NCBI GenBank assembly: GCA_051117555.1 | Contig: JBNPEG010000153.1 | Coordinates: forward strand, 1 to 23,111 | Origin: Elainellaceae cyanobacterium | Lineage (GTDB): Bacteria > Cyanobacteriota > Cyanobacteriia > CAZCXK01 | DNA length: 23,111 nt | Reading direction: 5' to 3' | Shown: positions 1-8,172 of the stretch, piece after piece | How the letters are laid out: the number at the start of each line of letters is the position of its first letter | How positions within the stretch are numbered: the first letter of the stretch is position 1 | Program-made: the position numbers and the translations under genes | Notes under the pieces: model-generated | What the model was told of the DNA's origin: nothing | Databases searched by the model: none | The model's input: only the letters and a program-made list of their open reading frames with translations

Positions 1-287
1 GGCTGGAGTGTGTCAACATCCAGTTCGTGGGAAAAAATCACTGGCATCCCGTCAGCTCCGCTTGCACCTTGACAGATTGCATTGGAACGCTGGGGCAATC
101 CATTATCGAGACCGAAAAAAGCAGAGAATAACTCAGCAGAATGTCCATCTAACTCTCGCGGCAAGTCTGAATTAGCAGTCGTATCCCTCTGTTCTGTACT
201 GGTTAAAGATGCTGTGGGAAGTATGCGTTGACAGCTAATCAGCAAGGTTGAATTGAATAGCAATAATACGATGAACATCCGATGCAT
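1..287 (-). CDS. Putative lipoprotein, conserved-hypothetical-like; partial, runs off the left edge
   Basis: Not in the ORF track. Manual translation from ATG at 287 is open to the window edge: MHRMFIVLLLFNSTLLISCQRILPTASLTSTEQRDTTANSDLPRELDGHSAELFSAFFGLDNGLPQRSNAICQGASGADGMPVIFSHELDVDTLQ. It has a basic N-terminus, a hydrophobic stretch and a lipobox-like LISC. Confidence 0.75.
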   Translation of the reverse strand, partial: MHRMFIVLLLFNSTLLISCQRILPTASLTSTEQRDTTANSDLPRELDGHSAELFSAFFGLDNGLPQRSNAICQGASGADGMPVIFSHELDVDTLQ

Positions 288-392
288 TTGCGCTGACGTT
301 TGTAAATTACTCAATATAATTCCTCGCAGCAACAGCTCTGCTGTTTAACAGAATAATTGTTATGAAGTATTGGGGAAAGTTCCTTATTTTTC

Positions 393-467
393 CAGGTTCA
401 AAGGTCTTAGTTAAGGTGCCAACTATTTGGCAATGGTACTAGGCCCGTCCCATAAAAATAGGGACCC
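393..467. promoter_or_regulatory. Copy A of a repeated intergenic regulatory module (candidate NarL/LuxR-type binding array)
   Basis: CAGGTTCAAAGGTCTTA (393-409), then GGTACTAGG and AAAAATAGGGACCC. 394-462 matches 4856-4924 at 50 of 69 positions without gaps (hand count). Lies in a divergent intergenic region. Confidence 0.55.
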
Positions 468-729
468 AAATACACACCCGCTTTCGAATAGGTTCTAAGC
501 AATAAATGCTAGCCTTGAGGCATCTAGGCTTATTCACCAGACATCTGGAAAAATGCACTGTTTTGCCAGTGTTTCCTTTCTCAAATTACAGCTTTATATC
601 CTAAACAGAGACTATCCCAACATTTCTAGATCCTTCTTACTATTCAGTCCTATGCTTAGCTCATCTAAACCATCGCAGCCTAACCGAACACCTGCAACGC
701 TTAAATCTCAATTCAGTCTCGGTTGTCAT

Positions 730-1581
730 ATGCTTGGACAGTCCCCGACGTTGCGAAAGCGGCTGGGATACTTTCTTTTAGCGGTTCTCATCGCCATGAG
801 CCTTTGGCTTGGTCAAACTCAGGTATCCCAGGCAACCAGGGTGCGAGATCGGATTCGAGGCGGCAATCAGACTACCGAAGAGATTCAGCCCAGCCGCCTG
901 TCTCCTGAGCAGGAGATGAGGGTGGGTCAAAGAATGAATCGGGATTTGTTGGAGAGTGGTGAGTTCACGCTTTACCGAAATCCTGATATTCAGAATTATG
1001 TCGTAGGGATTGGTGAACGCTTATTACCCTACAGCGATCGCGCTAACGAGTTAAACTACACCTTTCAAGTCATAGCCGATGACCAGGTCAATGCCTTTGC
1101 CACAATGGGGGGATATGTGTATGTCACGACAGGCCTTATGGAGTTTGCAGACAATGAGGCTCAACTCGCCAGTGTTGTCGGACATGAAATCGGCCATATT
1201 GATGGAAAGCATCTGTTGGAGCAAATTCGTGCGGATGCAGTTCGTCAAGGGCTGATGCGGGCTGCGGGACTCGACGATAGTGCGATCGCCCAGATTGGCA
1301 TAGAGCTGCTCCGAGAGCGTCCTAACAGTCGTGAGGACGAGTATGATGCAGACCAGCGGGGCCTGAGCATGATGGGTGATGCTGGCTATGCCCAATCGGC
1401 TATGCCAGACTTCATGCAGAAGCTAGCGGATCAAGGTGGCTCACCTCCTGAGTTCCTAAGTACTCACCCAAACCCAGACAATCGGGTTGAAGCCCTAGAA
1501 GCTAACATCGATCCGAACCAACAGGATGGCGACGGATTGGATTCAATGGCCTATTACAATCGCACTCAGGCTCTACGCTAG
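730..1581 (+). CDS. M48 family zinc metallopeptidase, exported
   Basis: HEIGH zinc motif, VNAFATMGGYVYV, SREDEYDAD and FLSTHP motifs. A hydrophobic signal segment follows Met at 730. The track's extension to 553 looks non-coding. Confidence 0.92.
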   Translation: MLGQSPTLRKRLGYFLLAVLIAMSLWLGQTQVSQATRVRDRIRGGNQTTEEIQPSRLSPEQEMRVGQRMNRDLLESGEFTLYRNPDIQNYVVGIGERLLPYSDRANELNYTFQVIADDQVNAFATMGGYVYVTTGLMEFADNEAQLASVVGHEIGHIDGKHLLEQIRADAVRQGLMRAAGLDDSAIAQIGIELLRERPNSREDEYDADQRGLSMMGDAGYAQSAMPDFMQKLADQGGSPPEFLSTHPNPDNRVEALEANIDPNQQDGDGLDSMAYYNRTQALR

Positions 1582-2441
1582 CTTTTCAAGGCGATGCGAA
1601 GGATCTTTTGAGTGTGGCAGCATATGTAGCACCCCCCTGCAGCCCCCACCAAAACAAATGCGATGACTAGCGGCAGCAGCGCTTTCATCTCTTCAGGGAG
1701 AACATTGCCCTGAAGTAGTAACAGTGCCAAACCAACATTCCTAGCAATTGTGCCGATCGCTAGAGTAGAGCGTTGTTCAAGTGTAGGCCCCCCTAGAGCA
1801 TGGCCCAAAATTAACCATGCAGCAATGACAAGAGTAATTAGCAGAAATGGCAAAATCCCTACGCCAGCAAGGAGACGGAAGGCATTGACCAGGATCATCA
1901 AGATTAAGACAGCAAAAAGAGCATTCGCAACTTTTGTGATTGCAGGCTCGACTTTATTAGCAAAAGCAGACCAATGGTGTCGAACCAGGAGCCCTATTCC
2001 AATCGGTAATAGCTGAACCAGGGCAATAGATTTAGCAATAGCGACAACATCAATGGCCACACTGGCTGGAAAGATAGCGTCGTAGATGACTGCCCAGAAG
2101 GGGACGGTGACGATTGCCAGGATGGACACGGTGAGTTGTAAACTGCCTCCATAGGACAAATTCCCTCCTGACATCACAACTCGCTTCGTAGTTAGGGGAG
2201 AGCCTGGGGCGGCGGCCATTGCCAAGATGACAACCCTAAGGGCAGATCCCACAGGTAGTAGTAATGCCGCTAGAATCCCGACGATAGGGACTAAAATGAC
2301 GATCGAAAGAATAGATTTGACTAATAGCCTTGTTTTTGTCCATAGGAATGCAATTTGGTCAAACGTCAAGCTTAAGCCCAAAGACAACATCAGCGATAGA
2401 AGTGTTGGGGCGATCAGAAAATTGATGAGTTGAAATTCCAT
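1578..2441 (-). CDS. Bile acid:sodium symporter (BASS/SBF) family transporter
   Basis: 287 aa polytopic membrane protein with LMLSLGLSL, AAAPG and the RNVGLAL motif. The C-terminus may be frameshifted (see findings). Confidence 0.85.
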   Translation of the reverse strand: MEFQLINFLIAPTLLSLMLSLGLSLTFDQIAFLWTKTRLLVKSILSIVILVPIVGILAALLLPVGSALRVVILAMAAAPGSPLTTKRVVMSGGNLSYGGSLQLTVSILAIVTVPFWAVIYDAIFPASVAIDVVAIAKSIALVQLLPIGIGLLVRHHWSAFANKVEPAITKVANALFAVLILMILVNAFRLLAGVGILPFLLITLVIAAWLILGHALGGPTLEQRSTLAIGTIARNVGLALLLLQGNVLPEEMKALLPLVIAFVLVGAAGGCYICCHTQKILRIALKS

Positions 2442-2614
2442 ACACCTAAACTCTAAGGAGTAATTGGATTAAGGTCACGGCCAAGAATGAATGAGAGCAC
2501 TGAAACTCCATCAATTCCGGCAACTATATTTGCCTTGCTGCTCATGCTTACCTTGGATGCAATCGTCAAGTCTAGCTTGATGCTAAAAGCAATCTGCCTC
2601 AATCTTGTTTTGGC

Positions 2615-2968
2615 TTAAGACGTAGCCGACTTCTTCACCACTGCATCCGTTTTCGCCGCCATGATGAAGTCATTTTGGTGCAGACCGCCGATGTCGTGCG
2701 TCCACCATTCCACCGTGACGTTGCCCCACTCTGTTGTCAGAATAGGATGATGTCCGGCGGCTTCCGCTTCATCCCCAACGGCTTGGCTAAAGGCCATGGC
2801 GGATTGAAAGTCTTTGAAGGCGTAGCTGCGGCGCAACCGTTTGCTCCCGCTTTCATCTACCAGCAGCCAGCCAGGAATCTGGGGCAGGAGTTCAGCAATT
2901 TCTGCATCGGTGACAGGCGATGTGTCCGCACTGTAGGGGACGCATTTTTGTTCAAGTAGGTCAGTCAT
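2615..2968 (-). CDS. phhB: Pterin-4-alpha-carbinolamine dehydratase
   Basis: 117 aa with FKDF, AEAAGHHP, WWTHDIGGLHQNDFIMAAKTD, the PCD/PhhB signature. Confidence 0.93.
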   Translation of the reverse strand: MTDLLEQKCVPYSADTSPVTDAEIAELLPQIPGWLLVDESGSKRLRRSYAFKDFQSAMAFSQAVGDEAEAAGHHPILTTEWGNVTVEWWTHDIGGLHQNDFIMAAKTDAVVKKSATS

Positions 2969-2993
2969 AGCGCAAGAATCAGGTGAATCGACT

Positions 2994-3070
2994 TAAGTGC
3001 ATAGCCATAATTAAACGCAAGGGGTGAAGTGAACCCCTGACAGCTACGTTTACTTACGGCGCTCTACTTA
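2994..3070. mobile_element. Degenerate 77-bp miniature inverted-repeat element, TA-bounded (possibly IS630/Tc1-like)
   Basis: 2994-3020 TAAGTGCATAGCCATAATTAAACGCAA matches the reverse complement of 3044-3070 (TAAGTAGAGCGCCGTAAGTAAACGTAG) at 19/27. Both ends are TA. An internal GGGGT...ACCCC hairpin sits at 3021-3037. Confidence 0.5.
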
Positions 3071-3181
3071 CTGCATAAAATGTTAAGCCCGCTTCTCGAA
3101 TCGGAAAGCCGTTCCCTGCAAGGCTGCTGGTATCCAAGGGCTTGCCTAAAGCCAATTTGTACCGTGGGTCACCAACGCCTG

Positions 3182-3922
3182 CTATGCGCTGATAGCCTCT
3201 AGTAAAAGTGGGCGAGTGTACCAACTCCATAAACCAGTCGTCACTGGTTGGATGTTAAACTCGCTGCGCAACTCGTCTAAGGGGCGATCCAGATTTTCTT
3301 CCCACTTAACGGGAAACAAAGGCTGTGCTTGCCGAGCTATCTGAATTCCAGCAGAAGCAACGTCGAAATTATATTCAAGCTGATGGTCAATCCCTGATCT
3401 TTGAGCACCAGTGACATAACTCAGTAAAGATGCTAGTAGAGCCATGAGAATAAATGCTGGATAGCGAATTTGACCAATCGTGACAGAAATAACACCTAAT
3501 TCGCCGTAATCATCAAAGCTAAAACCTGTCAGAATGTGGTGCAGGTCGTGAGTTTTGCGAATTCGATGAGTAATATAGTCAACGTCTGACTTGATTTCTC
3601 GTAAGCGATAAAAATTGGGATCGTACCCTAATGCGGTAAGTATCTTAGCGTAAGTCCAACCCAATGAATGAGGGGGCATTTTGAGCATTTTCTCGATGTC
3701 ATAGTCTTCCCCCATATAACGCTCTTCTAGGGCTTTAGCTGAGGCAGGATCTTCACGAACTGCTGTCAAGCAATTCTGCATGAGTGGGCTGTCACGCAAG
3801 GCATCTTCAATGTCAAAAACATTTGATGTTTCTCGTGTGACTCCAGCAACCATGTCTGTAAGCTTCACAAATTTCTCTAGATTCTCAGGTGTTGCTAGAG
3901 CATTAATGTACTTGAATCCCAT
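3182..3922 (-). CDS. Coq4-family protein
   Basis: HDLHHILTGF...GE metal-binding motif, SLGWTYA, and C-terminal PVKWEE...PLDELR. Confidence 0.88.
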   Translation of the reverse strand: MGFKYINALATPENLEKFVKLTDMVAGVTRETSNVFDIEDALRDSPLMQNCLTAVREDPASAKALEERYMGEDYDIEKMLKMPPHSLGWTYAKILTALGYDPNFYRLREIKSDVDYITHRIRKTHDLHHILTGFSFDDYGELGVISVTIGQIRYPAFILMALLASLLSYVTGAQRSGIDHQLEYNFDVASAGIQIARQAQPLFPVKWEENLDRPLDELRSEFNIQPVTTGLWSWYTRPLLLEAISA

Positions 3923-4082
3923 GTCAATCTTTTCCTATCTCAATTAAGCGGTTTAAATTAGTAGACATTACAGTTAGACGTTAAAAAGGCATCAGATTAG
4001 ACGTTTTGGTTATTACTAAGCTTGATGGAGAGCCGCGATCGCCTGGACGAGATGAGACTATAAAGGTTGTTAGTAGATGGAA

Positions 4083-4691
4083 CTAGAAAAGTTCAAACAA
4101 ATCCACACCAACGCCCAAAACGATACCCACATCGGTACCTTCATTACCAAAACTTGCATTGACTCGGGCTGTCCCAGTTATGAGATCATTAATGGGAATA
4201 TCAACCCCACCAGAAACCAGAGGATCGATCTCAAAATCATCAATCTCTGCCAGGATACCTGCACCCAAAAACGGATAAATAATGGTTCTTCCCGTTTCTT
4301 GATTCTTGATTGGTGCCCCCCCAGTTAACGCCACTGACAAAACATTGTCGTCACTGATAACTGAAGCCGCATGAACTGATAAGTTGTTGGTTAATGAAAA
4401 TCGTCCCACAATTGAAAAGCCACCTTCGCCCAGCGTGGTACCACCCTCATCACTCAAGCCAATCGTGCCCCCAACGCCTGTGTAGTTGATGCGATCGGGT
4501 TTTTCCTCATCCGATTGTTGGGCAGTTTCGGATGATTGGGCAACGCTTGGCTGCAGGTCTAATGCAGAATTAGTTTGTGGCTCATCTAAAATCTCTGCTT
4601 GAGCTTGGGCCGGTAGGTGCAAAACAAGCGCTGACAGAAACAGCAGACTGAATAGACTTGTCATTCCTATATTCTGGATAGCAGAAATCAT
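4083..4691 (-). CDS. Small outer-membrane beta-barrel protein, cyanobacterial type
   Basis: SD AAGGAG 7 nt before ATG at 4691. Signal peptide ending AQA, acidic linker, Gly-rich amphipathic beta strands (NYTGVGGTIG, YPFLGAGI, LVSGGVDIP, IVLGVGV) and a C-terminal Phe. Confidence 0.75.
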   Translation of the reverse strand: MISAIQNIGMTSLFSLLFLSALVLHLPAQAQAEILDEPQTNSALDLQPSVAQSSETAQQSDEEKPDRINYTGVGGTIGLSDEGGTTLGEGGFSIVGRFSLTNNLSVHAASVISDDNVLSVALTGGAPIKNQETGRTIIYPFLGAGILAEIDDFEIDPLVSGGVDIPINDLITGTARVNASFGNEGTDVGIVLGVGVDLFELF

Positions 4692-4854
4692 TACAAAGCT
4701 CCTTGTTTCAGATATCGGAATAATACTGATACTTCTCGAATCATGCAGCCGAAGCAATCCTTCACAGAACACCCGTGCATCCAGAACTTTGAACTCAAGG
4801 GGGAGGTACTGCGTCTAGTAATCAAACTTTTACAATTAATTCCTTCTGCTTGGC

Positions 4855-4928
4855 TAGGTTCGAAGGTCTTATATTAAAGGCTAAATATTTGCCAATAGTC
4901 CTAGTTCTCTTCTACAAAAATAGGACCT
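4855..4928. promoter_or_regulatory. Copy B of the repeated intergenic regulatory module
   Basis: TAGGTTCGAAGGTCTTA (4855-4871), TATTTGCCAATAGTCCTAG and AAAAATAGGACC, with the same spacing as copy A. Confidence 0.55.
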
Positions 4929-5018
4929 TTGATACGGCGATTTAGTTAGGATAGGACGATGTGCGAAGCGCGCTTGATGTCTAAGGTGAGAAACTAAGTC
5001 CTGCAACGATTCAAAAGC

Positions 5019-5336
5019 ATGCAATTCAATCTGCGCTCAACAATTGCCTCATCGATTTGTGGTTCGCTTCTAGCTTTAACTGCACCGTCTAGTGCGTTGA
5101 CAAGGACAGGTGTTGAAAGAGTTGCAATTAGGCTCGCAGAGTGTATCCCGATGTTGACGGGTCGCCTGTTGACGGGTCGCCTGTTGACGGGTCGCCAAAT
5201 TGATGTTGCTTGCGGTGTTCAGTTTACCTGGGAGGGCGATCGCTACAATGCAGACATAATAAACCGCTGCAACTTGAAGCAATCTTGGTGTCTGTCACCT
5301 CTAACGAGGAATCCCTATTTTCTTACTTCTCAATAA
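5019..5336 (+). CDS. Small hypothetical, possibly secreted protein (may be a degenerate gene)
   Basis: 105 aa with a signal-like N-terminus (…SLLALTAPSSA), five Cys and an in-frame LTGR x3 repeat. No family recognised. Confidence 0.35.
   Translation: MQFNLRSTIASSICGSLLALTAPSSALTRTGVERVAIRLAECIPMLTGRLLTGRLLTGRQIDVACGVQFTWEGDRYNADIINRCNLKQSWCLSPLTRNPYFLTSQ
5152..5196. repeat. Perfect tandem repeat, 3 x 15 bp (TGTTGACGGGTCGCC)
   Basis: Read directly at 5152-5166, 5167-5181 and 5182-5196. Confidence 0.95.
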
Positions 5337-5352
5337 ATTACTTCTCAATAAA
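5323..5352. repeat. Perfect tandem duplication, 2 x 15 bp (TTACTTCTCAATAAA)
   Basis: Read directly. Lies just upstream of the DJ-1/PfpI gene. Confidence 0.9.
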
Positions 5353-5380
5353 ATTGTTCGGACTATTGCAAAGCAAATCT

Positions 5381-6253
5381 ATGGATAAATTACTCACAAT
5401 TGCTGGCACGGTTGCCGCTGTGCTGATTGCCACTGCCATACTCATTGCTATCTTATTGCCAAAGATTCTGAAAGCGATGGGCTTACATCCCGACTATGAC
5501 GCGGGGCAAAAATACGACTTGCAAGGCAAAAAAGCGCTGGTGGTGACTACCAGCCACGGTGTACTTAGTAAACCCGGTGAAACGACGGGTAAACCCACCG
5601 GGGTCTTTGGTTCTGAAATGACCGTACCCTATTACGAGTTTCTCGACGCAAATATGCAGGTGGACGTGGCCAGCATCAAAGGTGGGGAAATTCCCATTGA
5701 CCCCAACTCGTTTCGCTACTTCCTGATTACAGACGAAGATAAACGTTATCTAAAGGATAGGGTCTTTCGGAACAAGGTCAAAAACTCGCCCAGCATCGAC
5801 GACATTGACTTCACAGACTACGACCTGATTTTCTTCGTGGGAGGCTGGGGGCCATCCTACGATTTCGCCCAGTCGAAACGGCTGGCGGAACAGGTGAGCG
5901 CGGCCTACTACGCTGATACTCCCATTATGGGTTCGGTCTGCCATGGCGCTCTGGCCTTTGTCAGCGCTAAGGATGCCGCAGGCAAGCCACTGGTTGCAGG
6001 ACGCAAGATGACGGGCGTGACGCAGGAACAGCTCGATTTCTTTGGCATAAAATTCACGCCCAAGCACCCAGAAGATGAACTCAAAAAGGCTGGGGCAGAT
6101 TTTCGCGCCAATCACCATCCGGTGGCCGACATTTTTGCAACCGTGACGGTCGTGGATCATGAACAACGCTTTGTTACTGGCCAGAACCAGAATTCCGGAC
6201 ATGAAACCGCCCAAAAGATGATGGAATTGCTCTCGCAAAGGAGCGCAAAATGA
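5381..6253 (+). CDS. DJ-1/PfpI (type 1 glutamine amidotransferase-like, Hsp31-like) protein with N-terminal membrane anchor
   Basis: TGVFGSEMTVPY (Glu), FFVGGWG, SVCHG (nucleophile Cys) and VTGQNQNS. The likely start MDKLL at 5381 is followed by one TM helix. Confidence 0.88.
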   Translation: MDKLLTIAGTVAAVLIATAILIAILLPKILKAMGLHPDYDAGQKYDLQGKKALVVTTSHGVLSKPGETTGKPTGVFGSEMTVPYYEFLDANMQVDVASIKGGEIPIDPNSFRYFLITDEDKRYLKDRVFRNKVKNSPSIDDIDFTDYDLIFFVGGWGPSYDFAQSKRLAEQVSAAYYADTPIMGSVCHGALAFVSAKDAAGKPLVAGRKMTGVTQEQLDFFGIKFTPKHPEDELKKAGADFRANHHPVADIFATVTVVDHEQRFVTGQNQNSGHETAQKMMELLSQRSAK

Positions 6254-8172
6254 TGCGAAAGATCAGACGATTATGCCTGGCACTGGCTTTTGCCGTCGCC
6301 TTGATTCTGAGTGCCGCACTGACACAGCCAACCTTAGGCAGCGCACTGCTCACCAGTCAGAGCAACATTCAGTCAGCATCTGGTGTTAACAACCCTGTAG
6401 CAACGCATAGCAGCCCGCAAAACCAGCCTGCTTTTCAAGTCGCCGAGGCAACACAGAACGCAGAGACGGTGGCGATAGAAACTGAGGCGCAGCAGCCTCC
6501 TAACTTTGTCGTCATTCTCGTCGATGATTCAGGCATGATGGATTTTGGCGCGTTTGGCGGCGAAGCCCGCACGCCGAACCTGGATCAACTGGCCCAAAAT
6601 GGCACATGGTTCAATAATTTTCACACCTCTCCGGTCTGTGCGCCATCGCGGGCGATGCTGGTCACCGGCAGCGACAGTCATTTGACCGGCGTAGCCAATT
6701 TGCCAGAAATGCTGCCGGATGGCTACGCGGATCAGCCAGGTTATGCCGGGGAGCTGAATGAGAGCGTAAACACCGTGGCCACCCGGCTTAAAGCCGCAGG
6801 CTACGAGACCTATGCCACGGGCAAGTGGCATCTAGGACACAGCGAGACGAATTTGCCGAACGCACAGGGCTTTGATCACTCTTTCATTCTCGGGGGGTCT
6901 GGGGCCAATAACTACGACATCCGGGGCTATGTGCCGATGAAGCCCGAAGCTTATTGGTACCGAGACGGCAAAGAGACGGATTTGCCAGAGGATTTTTACT
7001 CGTCCAAAGACTACGTTGAAAGTGCGATCGCCTTTCACGAAAACGAGAGCAACCCCAACGCCCCATTTTTCAGCTACATCGCGTTTCAAGCTATTCACGC
7101 GCCGATTCAGGCACCCGAACGCTTTGTCGAACCCTACCGAGACGTTTACAGTACAGGCTGGGACGTTCTGAGACAGCAACGCTATGAAAAGGCGAAAGCG
7201 CTCGGCATCATCCCGGCGGATGCGGCCATGAACGAAATCTTTCCGCAGTTTAGAAAGTGGGATGAGATCAGTCCTGAGCTTCAGGCCGAATACGTCACCG
7301 ATATGGCCGTGACGGCGGGCATGCTGGAGGCCATGGATTTTTACATTGGCGAGTATGTTCAATACCTCAAAGACAGCGGGCGCTTTGACAACACCATCTT
7401 TTTCATCACGTCTGACAATGGTCCCGACGGGGGCAACTACCGAGTAAAAATAGCCCAGGCCTGGCAAAAGATGATGGGCTACCACAAAGACCCCAATCGC
7501 GTCGGCGATGCCGGCTACTTTGGGAGCATTGGCCCTGAATTCGCCTTGGCGCTGTCTTCGCCTTTTTCATTTTTTAAGTACTACACCGGTGAAGGGGGTG
7601 TGCGCACGCCCCTGATTGTCTCGGGGCCCAACATTCCTCAGGGGCGTACCAGCAATGTCTTTTCCTTCGTTACAGACGTGGTGCCCACCATGCTTGACCT
7701 GGCAGGACTGCCGACCCCCAGCCGCGATGAGGCGGTACCCATCACCGGCAAGAGCCTGGTGGGGCATATCCAAAATCCAGCGGTGCTGGTCTACGCTGAA
7801 GACGAAGGGGTGGGCTTGGAAGCCGCTAATTCCGCCGCTTATTTTCTCGGCGATTACAAAATCGTGAAGAACACTATTCCCCTCGGAGACAACACCTGGC
7901 ACCTTTACCATCTGAAAACCGATCCAGGTGAGACTCGAGACCTGGCTGAACAAGAACCTGAACGATTCCAGGCCATGATGGCCGCCTACGACACTTATGC
8001 CCAAGACGTCGGCGTGATTGAAATGCCGGAAGGCTACTCGGCGGAGGGCGAAGTGACACGCAAGTCGGTGATGTATATTCTCAGACACTACGGCCCCTTT
8101 GCTCTGATTCCGCTGGTCTTGCTGCTGCTTTTGGGCGTGCTCTGGCGGCGTCGGCGTCAGGTGAAGGCATGA
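6250..8172 (+). CDS. Cys-type arylsulfatase (formylglycine-dependent), with signal peptide and C-terminal membrane anchor
   Basis: PNFVVILVDD, CAPSRAMLVTG (CxPxR), GKWHLG, SDNG, EGGVRTP and DPGETRDLA. ATGA overlap with the upstream gene. Confidence 0.95.
   Translation: MMRKIRRLCLALAFAVALILSAALTQPTLGSALLTSQSNIQSASGVNNPVATHSSPQNQPAFQVAEATQNAETVAIETEAQQPPNFVVILVDDSGMMDFGAFGGEARTPNLDQLAQNGTWFNNFHTSPVCAPSRAMLVTGSDSHLTGVANLPEMLPDGYADQPGYAGELNESVNTVATRLKAAGYETYATGKWHLGHSETNLPNAQGFDHSFILGGSGANNYDIRGYVPMKPEAYWYRDGKETDLPEDFYSSKDYVESAIAFHENESNPNAPFFSYIAFQAIHAPIQAPERFVEPYRDVYSTGWDVLRQQRYEKAKALGIIPADAAMNEIFPQFRKWDEISPELQAEYVTDMAVTAGMLEAMDFYIGEYVQYLKDSGRFDNTIFFITSDNGPDGGNYRVKIAQAWQKMMGYHKDPNRVGDAGYFGSIGPEFALALSSPFSFFKYYTGEGGVRTPLIVSGPNIPQGRTSNVFSFVTDVVPTMLDLAGLPTPSRDEAVPITGKSLVGHIQNPAVLVYAEDEGVGLEAANSAAYFLGDYKIVKNTIPLGDNTWHLYHLKTDPGETRDLAEQEPERFQAMMAAYDTYAQDVGVIEMPEGYSAEGEVTRKSVMYILRHYGPFALIPLVLLLLLGVLWRRRRQVKA

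Noticed and set aside
553..729. N-terminal extension of the M48 peptidase
   Set aside because: Composition looks non-coding, and the signal segment only follows Met 730.
3105..3150. Loose palindromic tracts (also 14608-14638)
   Set aside because: Too degenerate to support as repeats or recombination sites by eye.
5210..5380. N-terminal extension of the DJ-1 ORF
   Set aside because: It overlaps the 5019 ORF and a tandem duplication; the TM-anchored start at 5381 is more plausible.
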